DNA of 64,000 nucleotides, taken from Octopus sinensis (taxonomy: Eukaryota). Location: assembly GCF_006345805.1 (NCBI RefSeq), contig NC_043000.1:29760001-29824000 (forward strand). The letters run 5' to 3'. Position numbers and translations under genes: made by a program. Under the pieces are notes generated by a model. It made no database searches. It was not told where the DNA came from and saw only the letters and a program-made list of their open reading frames with translations. Positions 63,610-64,000 of this stretch are shown here, in pieces; position 1 is the first letter of the stretch, and each line of letters begins with the position of its first letter.

Positions 63610-64000
63610 AAAACAATGTGGAAGGCTGAAACAGTCGAGACTCTATTTTCTAGAATGAAGGCGGGAAAGATATGTAGTAATATACATCTGGAAAACCTTA
63701 GAATGGCTTGTATCAAATTTTGGCAATCAGTAGAACGGGGCACCACATCATACTGCCAAATATCCCGACATCACCATCAAGATACAGGACCGACACTGCA
63801 ACAGCTTGAGTTCTAAGATCCCACTGCTCTTCAGTATTCCCACCAAGTCTGAGAGACCTGCGAGGGGTGGATGTAGTGTCTTCAAAGTGAAACTGGATCT
63901 TCACTTCTCAAGAATACCAGATGAGCCTAATTCGGGACGAGAAACGCAGATAAGGGTAACGGCATCCACCAAATGCCAAGTAACGAGAGAATCGAAAGAA
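63610..64000 (+). pseudogene. CR1-type LINE ORF2 C-terminal fragment, degraded
   Basis: RLKQSRLYFLE*RRERYVVIYIWKTLE...HCNSLS...FKVKLDLHFSRIPDEP with stops and frameshifts. Confidence 0.8.

Overview
AT-rich, repeat-saturated eukaryotic DNA. The SINE content and extreme microsatellite density point to an octopus (coleoid cephalopod) genome, intronic or intergenic; this is inferred, not searched. No host protein-coding gene can be confidently identified, and almost all supplied ORFs are translations of simple repeats or SINEs. The only clear coding homologies are decayed transposons: three copies of a Tx1/L1-clade non-LTR retrotransposon (YADD RT motif, C-terminal CCHC), a CR1-type LINE 3' fragment and mariner remnants. 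Also present: dozens of copies of four modular tRNA-derived SINE families (A, B, C, E are my working labels), three non-autonomous Helitrons, several MITE/foldback elements, a tRNA-Glu pseudogene and a 100-N gap. Main leads: (1) the Tx1 family appears to insert specifically into (TATC)n; (2) one fully canonical type I hammerhead ribozyme (HHR) at 9367-9465, plus variant or decayed HHRs in (TA)n-embedded Penelope-like fragments and in a tRNA-headed SINE; (3) a 5S rRNA-headed SINE candidate; (4) head-to-tail SINE multimers with a recurrent junction; (5) a mariner foldback built from two 5' ends. SINE boundaries are approximate (about 10-20 bp), and all alignments and folds were done by eye.
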